A stretch of 64,000 bases of DNA from a virus: positions 96,001-160,000 of IMG/VR virus record IMGVR_UViG_3300046003_007336, one strand, 5' to 3'. A model generated the notes under the pieces. It did not search any database. It saw only the letters and a program-made list of their open reading frames with translations, and had not been told where the DNA came from. This document shows positions 28,942-38,388 of the stretch, one piece after another. Each line of letters begins with the position of its first letter. Positions within the stretch are counted from its first letter, which is position 1. A program made the position numbers and the translations under genes.

Positions 28942-29489
28942 TCTCTGGTTCCTTGCCGCCGCTAGCCGGACACGCAACCGCGACCTCGCGGCTTGGGCCA
29001 TACACATACTCCGTTCGCGGGCGTGACGCCCACGGTCACGAGGTCACACTTGGTTCGTTCACTGACAACGAAAAAGCGATTAGTTTCAAAGTCAAACAAA
29101 TCCTCAACCGTGGCACCTTGGGTTCCTACATAACGCCAAACAAAGCCCTTGCTTTCAACAAAGCGCACGTGGTCATTCAAACGGTCCATCGTTTTCAGAG
29201 ATTCCTGAAGGATGACGAGTTGAAAACTATCGGCTCTATTGTTCTCCCGAATATCGATGCTCGATATCCGACTGCGAAAGGATATGCGGACGCTGAGCTT
29301 ATCGGCCAGTTGGAGTGGGAGTATGTCGATTACAATCTAGTTGCCATAAAGCGTCCAAATAAATGGTATTGCACCATGGAAGTTGTGGCCGAACTGAATA
29401 AACTTACCCCACACAATGGTCACATTATTTGGGAGACCAACTTCGGCGATTTGGAAGCCGACGTATCAAAGGAGATGCTTGCTTGCTGA
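28938..29489 (+). CDS. Hypothetical protein, lower GC than its neighbours
   Basis: ATGA overlap; AT-richer codons. Confidence 0.65.
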   Translation: MISGSLPPLAGHATATSRLGPYTYSVRGRDAHGHEVTLGSFTDNEKAISFKVKQILNRGTLGSYITPNKALAFNKAHVVIQTVHRFQRFLKDDELKTIGSIVLPNIDARYPTAKGYADAELIGQLEWEYVDYNLVAIKRPNKWYCTMEVVAELNKLTPHNGHIIWETNFGDLEADVSKEMLAC

Positions 29490-30019
29490 TAAACCTTTAT
29501 GGCCCGCCCGGCTGCGGGAAATCTACGACCAGAGCGGGGGTGTTCTATCACCTCAAGCAGGCCGGAGTGAACTGCGAAGAGGTCACTGAATTTGCCAAGA
29601 AATTAGTCTGGGAGCATCGGGGCAAGACCCTCGAATGCCAGCCGTATGTCTTCGGCAAGCAGCTTCGTGACATCGAAGTCCTGAAGGGTCAGGTCGCGGC
29701 AATCATCACGGACTCGCCATTGCTGCTCAGCAAGTTCTACGGTGAGAAATACTGCGGTGATCGCTACCCGGCGTCGTTCTACGACTACGTGGTCGATCAA
29801 GCTCGCCTTCACGGTGGGATGAACATCCTGCTCCGTCGAGTGAAGCCCTACAATCCCAAGGGCCGCAACCAGACCGCTGATGAATCCGACGCCTTTGGTG
29901 CCGATCTGAAAGCGATGCTGGATGGTCTTGGCGTCGATTACATCGAACTCGACGGCGACAAGGAAGCGGCCGAGAAAATCGCTACGATGGCCCTGGCCCA
30001 GATGTCTGAGCAACGTTGA
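29483..30019 (+). CDS. P-loop nucleotide kinase-like ATPase (AAA_28 / NadR-like)
   Basis: LINLYGPPGCGKST Walker A, ITDSPLL; TTG start 8 nt after AAGGAG. Confidence 0.8.
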   Translation: MLINLYGPPGCGKSTTRAGVFYHLKQAGVNCEEVTEFAKKLVWEHRGKTLECQPYVFGKQLRDIEVLKGQVAAIITDSPLLLSKFYGEKYCGDRYPASFYDYVVDQARLHGGMNILLRRVKPYNPKGRNQTADESDAFGADLKAMLDGLGVDYIELDGDKEAAEKIATMALAQMSEQR

Positions 30020-30518
30020 CGCAGAGTTCGATGAACTCATCAACGCCGAGAGATTGTTTGGCGTAGTTGACGTGGTAATGGACCCACCAAACATTGTCGA
30101 TTTCGTAAGGCAAGGTTGGGTCTTTCCTATCCAACGATGCCGTCGCTCGGTTGGCACTCTGGAATGCAATCTCCACTCCACTTAGAGCGCATTTTCTCTC
30201 TTGTTTGAGGTATAGGTCCCAAAGGTCTTCGATAGTCACGTGGAAAGCAATGTTCCTGACACGAGCCCCGTTTCGAAAACCGTTGAATCGGGTCAAAGAA
30301 AGCTCGCCGCAACCACGCCAACCACAGTGTTCCGCCATCTTCCTTCCTCGGTAAGCGGGCGCGAGGCGAGGAAGTCCGTAATGATCTAGGTAGTTGCTTA
30401 CGGTCTTGTTGTTGCATCCAATCTCCTTCGAGATGTCAAGGGGAGACCTTTGCTTCTCGATGTGCTCTCTGATCAAGTATTCCTTCGTCAGTATGCTATC
30501 AAATTTTGCGATTCTCAT
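29982..30518 (-). mobile_element. Free-standing HNH-type homing endonuclease
   Basis: CALSG...SLDRKD...Y...NVWWVH..VNYAK His-Me finger; opposite strand to operon; lower GC; TAAATA at 30545-30550. Confidence 0.75.
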
Positions 30519-30563
30519 GATTCCCAAGTATATTTCGTTTGAACTATTTATCCTGGAAATAAT

Positions 30564-31112
30564 ATGCCAATAGGACACCTCACCGTAATCTGCGGCCCCA
30601 TGTACGGCGGCAAGACCACCGAACTCCTCAAGCGAGTCCTGTGGTCCCGCAATGGGCTCGGGCGCCACGTCCTCGTGGTCAAGCCAGCCTTCGATAATCG
30701 CTACTCGATGACGAAGATTGTCTCCCATGACGGTCTGTCGGTGGATGCGATGTCGATCAAGACTTGGCGAGACCACGTTGATGGCGGCCGACCCGAACTC
30801 GTATGCTTCGATGAGGTTCAGTTCTTCACCGACCCGCATTTCGACTGCGACATCATTGACGTAGTCAGAGGTCTTCTCGGAGAAGGCGTGGACGTTGTCG
30901 CGAACGGTCTGGACATGACCGCAGACGGTGACCCGTTCCCGATCACTGCTACCTTGATGGCCCTGGCCGACGAGGTCGTGAAGGTGAAATCGAACTGTTC
31001 GATCTGCGGAACGGCTGCCACGAAGACGTTGAAGATCGCGGGCTCTGGTGCCCAAATCGAACTCGGAAGCGTCGGCATGTATGAGCCTCGGTGCAATTCC
31101 CACTGGGAGTAA
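30564..31112 (+). CDS. tdk: Thymidine kinase
   Basis: CGPMYGGKTTEL, FDEVQFF, NGLDM, C-terminal CSICG...YEPRC zinc motif. Confidence 0.95.
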   Translation: MPIGHLTVICGPMYGGKTTELLKRVLWSRNGLGRHVLVVKPAFDNRYSMTKIVSHDGLSVDAMSIKTWRDHVDGGRPELVCFDEVQFFTDPHFDCDIIDVVRGLLGEGVDVVANGLDMTADGDPFPITATLMALADEVVKVKSNCSICGTAATKTLKIAGSGAQIELGSVGMYEPRCNSHWE

Positions 31113-31151
31113 TTGGTTGCCAAAATATCCCTTCCGCTATATTGGTCAGGG

Positions 31152-31478
31152 ATGAAGAAGAAGCCATATCGGGCCAAGAAAGCGAAGGCACTCGGTCTTC
31201 ACTGCGTCACCATCTATTGCGGTGACAACCCGGCTCGTGGTCGAATCCAAAATGATGTCGCCATGCTTCTCAAGCACGATGCCAGCGACGCCGAGTACAT
31301 GTTCTCCTACAAGGTCAACCATGGTCTCCTACAGGTGGCCGTTCCGACCATGGGGCAGGCCCTTGCGGTCAGGATGCTGGGCGGCGAGTTCGTCGTCGAG
31401 ACCCCCTTCTTCTATCAAAGCCACCCGAGCACGAACGGGCGCGGGCGGAACGTCACCTTTACCCTGGTGGCCGATTGA
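31152..31478 (+). CDS. Hypothetical protein
   Basis: ORF in operon; start uncertain. Confidence 0.65.
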   Translation: MKKKPYRAKKAKALGLHCVTIYCGDNPARGRIQNDVAMLLKHDASDAEYMFSYKVNHGLLQVAVPTMGQALAVRMLGGEFVVETPFFYQSHPSTNGRGRNVTFTLVAD

Positions 31479-31807
31479 TGATCATCTACACGACCAACAC
31501 GGCCTACTATCGGGAAATTCCAGCCGGATATGGCTTCCTCCTGTGCAGTCAGGGGGTTTTTTCCATTCTGCCTTACGGGCACTCCCGCAACGCCGTTTAC
31601 AATCTCAGAGAGGCCTTCATCGACCGGCCAGACTTTCGAGGATGGGGGGCGTTCGCCCGAGGCGTTAAAAGAACGTCTCGGCGATGGATTGCTCTGATGT
31701 CCACAAGAGAGGAAGCCGAGAGCATCGCCGATGCCCTCAAGGGTGTTCGCCACGGCTCGAAGAAATTCCACACCATCCTGCATCTGATGGCGGACGAGGT
31801 CCGATGA
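31478..31807 (+). CDS. Hypothetical protein
   Basis: TGATG overlap. Confidence 0.65.
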   Translation: MIIYTTNTAYYREIPAGYGFLLCSQGVFSILPYGHSRNAVYNLREAFIDRPDFRGWGAFARGVKRTSRRWIALMSTREEAESIADALKGVRHGSKKFHTILHLMADEVR

Positions 31808-32181
31808 TTCGCGCCGTCCACGACCACTCATCGAACCGGAAGCTTCCCGGCAGCAATACGTTCATCATTCATGGCATGCAGATCATGCAGGTGAACAGCT
31901 ACGTCTTCAATGGAACACCACACGCCTCGATGCCCTTCGATCTTTCTAACGGGCGACTTCGAGTTGTTGATATCGGCGACGATGGGGAACCGGTGACGGT
32001 CAGAGCATTCCCGGCCGTAAAAGAAGTCGATTTCTGGGAGTTCGTCTGCGACACCTTTGAGGAGGCACAAACTGTCGTCGCGCACATTCTGCCCCTTCGT
32101 GAGAAATACGACGAGGAGGTCGCCGAGGCGAAGCGCAAACTCGATGCCTCCTGCTATCTGATCGCCGACGTCATCGAATAA
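31804..32181 (+). CDS. Hypothetical protein
   Basis: ATGA overlap. Confidence 0.65.
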   Translation: MIRAVHDHSSNRKLPGSNTFIIHGMQIMQVNSYVFNGTPHASMPFDLSNGRLRVVDIGDDGEPVTVRAFPAVKEVDFWEFVCDTFEEAQTVVAHILPLREKYDEEVAEAKRKLDASCYLIADVIE

Positions 32182-32210
32182 TTGACTGCGGCGGCCAGCC
32201 GGGCTATTTT
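32182..32210 (+). promoter_or_regulatory. Host sigma70-type promoter
   Basis: TTGACT-N17-TATTTT with GC preceding the -10. Confidence 0.6.
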
Positions 32211-32239
32211 GGCTTACCATTTAATCCAAAGACCCCCAG

Positions 32240-33124
32240 ATGTTGATCGACCGCCTTGTCCAAGCAGGGGTGGCAACGCCCCCGCGTTGGATGCCCGCGA
32301 ACACCCACTATCTCACGATGATGGGCTCGGTGGCCTATGGGGTTTCGGGCGACACGTCGGACGTGGACGTCTACGGCTTCTGCATGCCGCCAAAGGAGAT
32401 GGTCTTCCCGCACATGCAAGGGGTCATCTCTGGCTTCGGCTCGGCTCCCGAAACCTTCCAGCAATACCAGCAGCACCATATGCCGCTGGACAAGGCTGAA
32501 TACGACGTCGTCGTCTACAGCATCGTGAAATATTTCCATCTCCTGATGGAGAATAACCCGAACATCATCGACAGCCTCTTCACTCCGCAACGGTGCATCC
32601 TGCACATGACCGAGGTGGCCCGGTTGGTTCGTGATAATCGGCGCCTATTCTTGCACAAGGGCTGCTACCCGAAGTTCAAGGGCTACGCGTATTCGCAGAT
32701 CATGAAGATCAAGGCGAAGAAGCAGTCCGAGAACGCCAAGCGGGCTGCGTCGATGGAAGAGCACGGCTACGACGTCAAGGCCGCCTACCATGTGGTCCGC
32801 CTCGCGCTGGAGTGCGAGCAAATCCTCGAAGAGGGCAACCTCGACCTGGAGCGCAACCGGGCCCAACTCAAGGCGATTCGTCGCGGCGAGTGGACCTTCG
32901 AGCATCTCGAACAGTGGTTCTCCGACAAGGAAATCCACCTCGAAAACGTGCACGCGGCATCCAAGCTGCCTGCCGTTCCCGACGAGGCGGCTATCCGGGA
33001 CCTTCTGATGAAGTGTCTGGAACTCCACTATGGCAAGCTCGAACAGGCAGCCGTCGTTCGTCAAACTGACATGGCGCGCGTCCTGGCTGAGATGCAGGCG
33101 GTCATTGATAGGCACCAAACCTGA
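32240..33124 (+). CDS. DNA polymerase beta-superfamily nucleotidyltransferase (RlaP / PF10127-like)
   Basis: GSVAYG...SDVDVYG catalytic motif; NPNIIDSLF; KAAYHVVRL. Confidence 0.85.
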   Translation: MLIDRLVQAGVATPPRWMPANTHYLTMMGSVAYGVSGDTSDVDVYGFCMPPKEMVFPHMQGVISGFGSAPETFQQYQQHHMPLDKAEYDVVVYSIVKYFHLLMENNPNIIDSLFTPQRCILHMTEVARLVRDNRRLFLHKGCYPKFKGYAYSQIMKIKAKKQSENAKRAASMEEHGYDVKAAYHVVRLALECEQILEEGNLDLERNRAQLKAIRRGEWTFEHLEQWFSDKEIHLENVHAASKLPAVPDEAAIRDLLMKCLELHYGKLEQAAVVRQTDMARVLAEMQAVIDRHQT

Positions 33125-33510
33125 TGGCCAAGAAGCATCTCCGCATGAGCTACATGGGCGAAGAGAACGCCAAGGCTCTCAACTATCTCCTGTGCTGGCC
33201 GACCAAGATCGGGCCCATGCCGGGTGACTTGACGGTGGCCGAAGTGGTCGAGAGGATGAAAGAAGATGGGTTCCCGTTCAGCTTCGTGCTGGACGGGGAC
33301 CTACCTCGCGACTCACAGTGCCTGCTGGCGTTCTCATCCACTATCAAAGAAGAGACTGATCTCGGGGAATGGACAGCCCTCATCCACACCGAAGAAGCCA
33401 CACCCAACTACGTCTCGAAGATGCTCATCTTTGCCCGCGACGACAAAACCTTCATGCGTCTTGTATTTCTGAACGGGATAACTATTGACCGCGCCGCGAC
33501 CGGGGGCTAA
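33124..33510 (+). CDS. Hypothetical protein
   Basis: TGATG overlap. Confidence 0.7.
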   Translation: MAKKHLRMSYMGEENAKALNYLLCWPTKIGPMPGDLTVAEVVERMKEDGFPFSFVLDGDLPRDSQCLLAFSSTIKEETDLGEWTALIHTEEATPNYVSKMLIFARDDKTFMRLVFLNGITIDRAATGG

Positions 33511-33519
33511 GGTCATCAA

Positions 33520-33900
33520 ATGTCCATGATGACCAAAACCCGCGTTGAGCACCAGGACTACGGAGCCGAGTCAGGCTACAAGTCTCTGACCGACAAAGCC
33601 ATCAAGGAACTCGCGCTGGCGGTTCGCGCCGGGTCTGTGTTCGGAACCTGGAACTTCCGAGAGTCGGAAAAGAACATGATCGGGACGGTCTTCATGGCCT
33701 TCATGCTCATGAACTCCATCCAGAAAAAGATTCTGGTCCGGGACGGCATCTTCCACCTCTACGAATTCATGGACAAAGCCGGTCCTCGGTCGATCAACGG
33801 CTATCCGATTTTCTACTCGTTTCACATGCTGGACCGCGACGACGCCAAGCGGCTCGAAACGGCACTGGATGCCCTCGAATCCTTCATGGGAGAACCCTGA
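33520..33900 (+). CDS. Hypothetical protein
   Basis: Codon bias; operon context. Confidence 0.75.
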   Translation: MSMMTKTRVEHQDYGAESGYKSLTDKAIKELALAVRAGSVFGTWNFRESEKNMIGTVFMAFMLMNSIQKKILVRDGIFHLYEFMDKAGPRSINGYPIFYSFHMLDRDDAKRLETALDALESFMGEP

Positions 33901-34160
33901 TGCCCGGCCATTTCATCGACAAATCCAAATGGGACGACGTCAAGCCGCCGTTCTCCTTCGTGCGGGTCGATAACCCCGAGTTCCGTGACACCCATCGGGA
34001 GATGATGAAGAAGTGGCTGGTCGCCCGGTGCGGCGGCTGGATTTACTTCGACGACGTCGATACGTTCGTGTTCGAGCGGCCCGGCGACGCAATGATGTTC
34101 CGCATCTGGGTGGAGTCCGAGCCCTTCCAGTCCGATGGGTCGATTGATGACCCAGCCTAA
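33900..34160 (+). CDS. Hypothetical protein, F-x4-D motif family
   Basis: FERPGDAMMFRIW. Confidence 0.8.
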   Translation: MPGHFIDKSKWDDVKPPFSFVRVDNPEFRDTHREMMKKWLVARCGGWIYFDDVDTFVFERPGDAMMFRIWVESEPFQSDGSIDDPA

Positions 34161-34329
34161 CCCGAAGGTCGTCGAATCCCTCGCGACTCTCTGCGCCTTC
34201 ATCGGATGGGCTGAGGAAGATGACGCCGTTTATGGTGGCCGCAAGGCTGACGAAGCCATGAAGGCGTTGTCTATCGTCACCGGCATTCCGACGTCAAAAA
34301 TTCGAGAGGTTGCGGGCGTAGATCGGTGA
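34147..34329 (+). CDS. Hypothetical protein
   Basis: Part of overlapping small-gene chain. Confidence 0.6.
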   Translation: MTQPNPKVVESLATLCAFIGWAEEDDAVYGGRKADEAMKALSIVTGIPTSKIREVAGVDR

Positions 34330-34532
34330 ACACATACAATGCCTACGAGCGGCGCGAGACGCTCACCCAGACCCAACTCGAAAATCTCGAAGCCGCCCTG
34401 CTCGATGAGATTCGACGCTACCAGCGCACGCTGGACAACTATCCCCTCGACCGACTGGAGAAATACGGCAAGCCCTACATGGCGGTGCTGCTCGGACGGC
34501 TGGAGGATGTCCAACTCCTGCGGAGACGGTGA
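34326..34532 (+). CDS. Hypothetical protein
   Basis: GTGA overlap. Confidence 0.65.
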   Translation: MNTYNAYERRETLTQTQLENLEAALLDEIRRYQRTLDNYPLDRLEKYGKPYMAVLLGRLEDVQLLRRR

Positions 34533-34720
34533 TGAGCATCCTGGTCCCGTGTGCGGCCCTCTTCGCGTTGTCGGGTTTTTTCTTCTGGATGGCCCGCACG
34601 ACCTCTCGTAAGCACCGCAAGCGACCGACCCGCCATGAAGCCCTCACGGGCGCCACGATGGGCTCCAAGGAGACCAAGGACGGCATTGTTGTCCTCATGG
34701 GCAAACGGGAGCCAGAGTGA
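34529..34720 (+). CDS. Small membrane-anchored protein
   Basis: GTGA overlap; hydrophobic N-terminus, basic tail. Confidence 0.6.
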   Translation: MMSILVPCAALFALSGFFFWMARTTSRKHRKRPTRHEALTGATMGSKETKDGIVVLMGKREPE

Positions 34721-35004
34721 TGTCGTTCATGAGGCGACGGGCCAACATGGACTTCATGCACGGCCCCCAGGTTGATTGGGATGTGGGCGGCACGTTTGTG
34801 TTGCTCGAAGACGCCGGGGATGACCCCAAAAAGGTCGCGCTCGCGGTGCGGGCTCACCATGCCCAGCACGACAATCTGATGTCCATGATGGATGCCGTGT
34901 GGCTGATCAACAAAGCACCCGTCTATGTCGCGGGAGGGCTCGATCTCCGAGAGGCCGATCTCCTCAGGGGCCTGCTGGGAAGTCTCGGCGCCACCGTGTC
35001 GTGA
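34717..35004 (+). CDS. Hypothetical protein
   Basis: GTGA overlap. Confidence 0.65.
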   Translation: MMSFMRRRANMDFMHGPQVDWDVGGTFVLLEDAGDDPKKVALAVRAHHAQHDNLMSMMDAVWLINKAPVYVAGGLDLREADLLRGLLGSLGATVS

Positions 35005-35195
35005 TCTACAAGACGTGCTCGATCTGCGGTCTCTACGATTGCGCGGAGCCCCTATGCGGCGACCCAGACAACGGAACCTGCGGTGCCCCGGACTGCCCGG
35101 AGTATTATCGAAACGCTCGCGTGGGATGCAAGGATTGCCGACCGGTCAAGAAACCGTTTAGTGTCGAATCCCGTACTCGACCGTATCCCACTTGA
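35001..35195 (+). CDS. Small cysteine-rich protein
   Basis: GTGA overlap; CSIC, CAEPLC, CGAPDC, CKDC. Confidence 0.55.
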   Translation: MIYKTCSICGLYDCAEPLCGDPDNGTCGAPDCPEYYRNARVGCKDCRPVKKPFSVESRTRPYPT

Positions 35196-35547
35196 GTTCG
35201 ACAAGGTCCATCTCGGGGTTCATGACCAGCATCTTGATGCAGTTGGGCCCCAGGTTGCCTCGGAGTGATCGAATGGCATCCTGCATGCTCGCAGGGCGAC
35301 GGCCACGGTTCTGAGAAGTTGCGCAAGCCCGGATGCGGGATGCCATGGCTTCGGCTGCGGTCTTGAGCCCATGGGGCTTGGCCCGCACGCGCATCCAGCC
35401 CTCGTTGCCGTCCAGATAGAAACGAATGACCGCTGTCCCCGCTTCGGTGTTGAACGTGGCGGTGACTGACTTGAGTTCGCGAACGCCGCGAAGGACCATG
35501 TCGATGTCGGACAGGGACGGGCGAGGGGTGAGTTCGTGAGCGCGCAT
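35158..35547 (-). CDS. Late hypothetical protein, possible head-internal protein
   Basis: TAAATA (35552-35557) 4 nt before ATG; N-terminus MRAHEL. Confidence 0.75.
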   Translation of the reverse strand: MRAHELTPRPSLSDIDMVLRGVRELKSVTATFNTEAGTAVIRFYLDGNEGWMRVRAKPHGLKTAAEAMASRIRACATSQNRGRRPASMQDAIRSLRGNLGPNCIKMLVMNPEMDLVELKWDTVEYGIRH

Positions 35548-35554
35548 GCCGTAT

Positions 35555-35803
35555 TTAGGCGGGCTTGCCGTTTACCGTCGCCTCGTAGGCGTAGAGGGTC
35601 TGGCCGGTCTCGGCCTCGTAGAGGTCGAACAGGGCGTTCATATTGGTCCGATCTTCGACCGGCACCGGGTCGGCAAGGCCGTCCTGGCTGTTCAGCACCG
35701 ATACCATGTCGTTCAGGGCAGCATCGGCCTTCTCGCCATTCCGAATACGGACCTGGAGAGACTTCACGATGGCGAGCCGTTCGTGGGCGGTGAAGGTCTT
35801 CAT
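35555..35803 (-). CDS. Hypothetical protein
   Basis: ATGA overlap. Confidence 0.75.
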   Translation of the reverse strand: MKTFTAHERLAIVKSLQVRIRNGEKADAALNDMVSVLNSQDGLADPVPVEDRTNMNALFDLYEAETGQTLYAYEATVNGKPA

Positions 35804-36324
35804 TGATCGGGCTCGCAGACGGTGGGGGACAGGGTGATGTCCTCGCGGACAGCGAAGCTCCGGCCCTTGGCGGGGCGACCATGCATGACGACATCCGGGG
35901 CGGCGCCGACGCGAACCACGTAGTTGACGTAGTTGAGATTATCGACGAAGCCCACGGCGGCGAAACGCGAGATGGCGGCGGCGCGCAGGAGCGGCTCGGT
36001 GGTTTCGATCTCAGCGGCGGGGAAATCACGGGTCACCCGGCGACCGTTGCGGGCCTTGTAGGTGACGTGGAAATGGTGGGTTTTCTGCGGCAGGACGTTC
36101 TCGCCCAGCCATTCCTGAATGTGCGAGATGGCGGCGTCGTTGAAGCCTTCCATCTTCAGGGCGTTGTCGAGAAAGCGGTTCAGACGACCGTTGTCCAGAT
36201 AGATGGGCGGAACGTCGCGCAGGCTGATCAGGATGCTGTTGGCCTTGTGCTCTTTCAGGAAACCGGTGCCGAACGAGTTGGCATAGTTGGTGAAATCCTG
36301 GACGGTCGCTGCGCAGATATTCAT
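35800..36324 (-). CDS. Early hypothetical protein
   Basis: AGGAG SD before ATG 36324; TTGACA at 36370-36375. Confidence 0.8.
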   Translation of the reverse strand: MNICAATVQDFTNYANSFGTGFLKEHKANSILISLRDVPPIYLDNGRLNRFLDNALKMEGFNDAAISHIQEWLGENVLPQKTHHFHVTYKARNGRRVTRDFPAAEIETTEPLLRAAAISRFAAVGFVDNLNYVNYVVRVGAAPDVVMHGRPAKGRSFAVREDITLSPTVCEPDQ

Positions 36325-36391
36325 GGCTCTCTCCTCTTGAGCCCCCTTTGTGCACCCGCGTGGGATATTTGTCAAGCAAATACTCGCAACC

Positions 36392-36397
36392 TAAATA
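36392..36397 (+). promoter_or_regulatory. Late promoter core TAAATA (leaderless type) for the endolysin
   Basis: TAAATA-tgcg-ATG 36402. Confidence 0.75.
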
Positions 36398-36401
36398 TGC
36401 G

Positions 36402-37280
36402 ATGGCACAAGAACACATTGACCTCCAGCGCAAACTCAAGGCTCTGGGATATAACCCCGGCGCCATTGACGGTGACCTCGGCCCCAAGTCGCTCCGCGCT
36501 ATCGCGCTGTTCCGCTCTGACTTCAACATCGCAGAAGGCGAATCTGCGGTCCTGACTGGCCTCGCCGACGCCGCAGCCGGTCGTCTCGGGATGTCTCCCC
36601 TGGCCCGCATCACTCCTGATCGTCTCCGCGAGCTTGCTCCGAATGCCAACGTCGCTGTCTTGGCTCCGATCTTGGACCGAGAGTGCTCGACGCACCGCAT
36701 CCTGACCCCTCGTCGTGTTCGCCAGTTCCTGGCTCAACTCGTCCACGAGAGTGGCGGCCTGACCAAGTTCGAAGAGAACCTCCGCTATCGCGACCCGGCT
36801 CGTCTTGATGAAATCTTTTCGGCCGTCCGTGGTATCGCTGATGCCCGCGCTCTGATCGCCAAGGGCCCGCAGGCCATCGCAAACCGCGTCTACGCAAACC
36901 GTGGCGGCAACGGTAACGAAGCCTCCGGCGACGGCTGGCGGTATCGCGGCATGGGCCCCATCCAAATCACCGGCAAGGATAACTGCCGCGCCGCCTCGGC
37001 GTGGACCGGCGTGGACCTCGTCCGCAACCCCGAACTCCTCCTCACCCCCGCCATTGGTATTCGTGCCGCGTGTGGCTTCTGGGTGGCGAACAAAATCAAC
37101 GAGATGGTTGACGAAGACGCAAACGAAGGAGCTATCGGAAACATCACCCAGCATCTGCGTCTGAATGAGGAAGACGATGTCCGTCAGGCCACGCGCGCAG
37201 TCAACGGCCCGGCCTCTGAAGGTCTGGCAGAGCGGCGCCTTGTTCTCGAACGCGCCGGTCAAATCTGGAGACGCCCGTGA
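36402..37280 (+). CDS. Endolysin: peptidoglycan-binding domain plus GH19 chitinase-like muramidase
   Basis: LQRKLKALGY...DGDLGPKS..AI..F PG-binding motif; FLAQLVHESG, GDGWRYRGMGPIQITGKDN GH19 motifs. Confidence 0.9.
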   Translation: MAQEHIDLQRKLKALGYNPGAIDGDLGPKSLRAIALFRSDFNIAEGESAVLTGLADAAAGRLGMSPLARITPDRLRELAPNANVAVLAPILDRECSTHRILTPRRVRQFLAQLVHESGGLTKFEENLRYRDPARLDEIFSAVRGIADARALIAKGPQAIANRVYANRGGNGNEASGDGWRYRGMGPIQITGKDNCRAASAWTGVDLVRNPELLLTPAIGIRAACGFWVANKINEMVDEDANEGAIGNITQHLRLNEEDDVRQATRAVNGPASEGLAERRLVLERAGQIWRRP

Positions 37281-37813
37281 GACGCTACATAGATATCCTG
37301 ATGGAGGCCTCCTTCTCGCATGACGAGATCGAAGACATCCATCACAAAGCCCTGAAGGATACTGGTTTCTGGGGTTCACAAGGCGCGGGTTGCATCATCT
37401 TGGCACGCTCGACTGACCGTATTCTCCTCTGCCATCGTTCCAAGGACGTAGAGCAACCCCACACGTGGGGAAACTGGGGCGGAGCCATAGACCCAGGCGA
37501 GACCCCAGAGGAGGCCGTCCAGCGCGAAGCCTATGAGGAAAGCGGACACCCCGGACCTTTCGAGGCCATTCCCCTGTTCGTCTTCGAGTCGGGTTCGTTC
37601 CGCTACAGCAACTTCCTCGTGGTCGTCGATGATGAGTTCACTCCCACCCCGCCTTCTCGGCAGAACTGGGAAACGCAGGGGCACCAGTGGTGCGAATGGG
37701 GGCAGTGGCCTCAGCCGCTGCACTTCGGCCTCGTGAGCCTCTTCAATGACCCAGCCAGTGTCGCTGCAATTCAGAAAGAGATCGCGGAAAACCGCGCAGC
37801 GAGGGGCGAATGA
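37277..37813 (+). CDS. NUDIX hydrolase
   Basis: GGAIDPGETPEEAVQREAYEESG Nudix box. Confidence 0.9.
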   Translation: MRRYIDILMEASFSHDEIEDIHHKALKDTGFWGSQGAGCIILARSTDRILLCHRSKDVEQPHTWGNWGGAIDPGETPEEAVQREAYEESGHPGPFEAIPLFVFESGSFRYSNFLVVVDDEFTPTPPSRQNWETQGHQWCEWGQWPQPLHFGLVSLFNDPASVAAIQKEIAENRAARGE

Positions 37814-38388
37814 GGTTCCGTGAACTCTTTGAGAGCATCCTGGCCCAGCCGCCGTCTAGCGACGCCATGTATGCCTTCTATGACGCGCAGGAGCGGGAAC
37901 TCGCCAAGATGGTGGCCGAGTTCCGTTCTGGAGGTGCAGCCCGCCAGGACTGGCCTCTCGTCCCAGCCGCGCGCCTGATCAAGATTTGGAAAGATCATGC
38001 CCGAATGGGCATCGTCCGGGATACGAAGGGCATGCAGGAGATCGCAACCCGTTTCTACTTCAACATCGTCCGCTTGCTCAACAACACCGAGGTGGCCGAG
38101 CATGGCACGAAGTCCAAGGAAGAGGTTCTCCAAGATCACATGGAAGACCCGGAGGAAATGGAAGCCTTCGTCGAGTGGGCAACCGACACCGATCACGGTT
38201 GGAGGATTTCAGACTACGGCTTTCCCCGCCTGACGGAACTCGCGTTTCGTCTCAACGACGCTTACGACGCAGAGGAAAAGCTCCTCGTCTGCGACGCTAT
38301 TTTGAACGTCGTCCACCAGCGTTCCGACATGGCCTCGTGGTTCGTCGAGGGTGGGACCCGAACTCTAGACGCTATTTCTTCGGAGTAG
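37810..38388 (+). CDS. Late hypothetical protein, possible head-internal protein
   Basis: ATGA overlap; N-terminus MRFRELFES. Confidence 0.8.
   Translation: MRFRELFESILAQPPSSDAMYAFYDAQERELAKMVAEFRSGGAARQDWPLVPAARLIKIWKDHARMGIVRDTKGMQEIATRFYFNIVRLLNNTEVAEHGTKSKEEVLQDHMEDPEEMEAFVEWATDTDHGWRISDYGFPRLTELAFRLNDAYDAEEKLLVCDAILNVVHQRSDMASWFVEGGTRTLDAISSE

Noticed and set aside
29922-30185. 87-aa plus-strand ORF after the kinase
   Set aside because: It lies antisense within the HNH gene and has no credible start signal.
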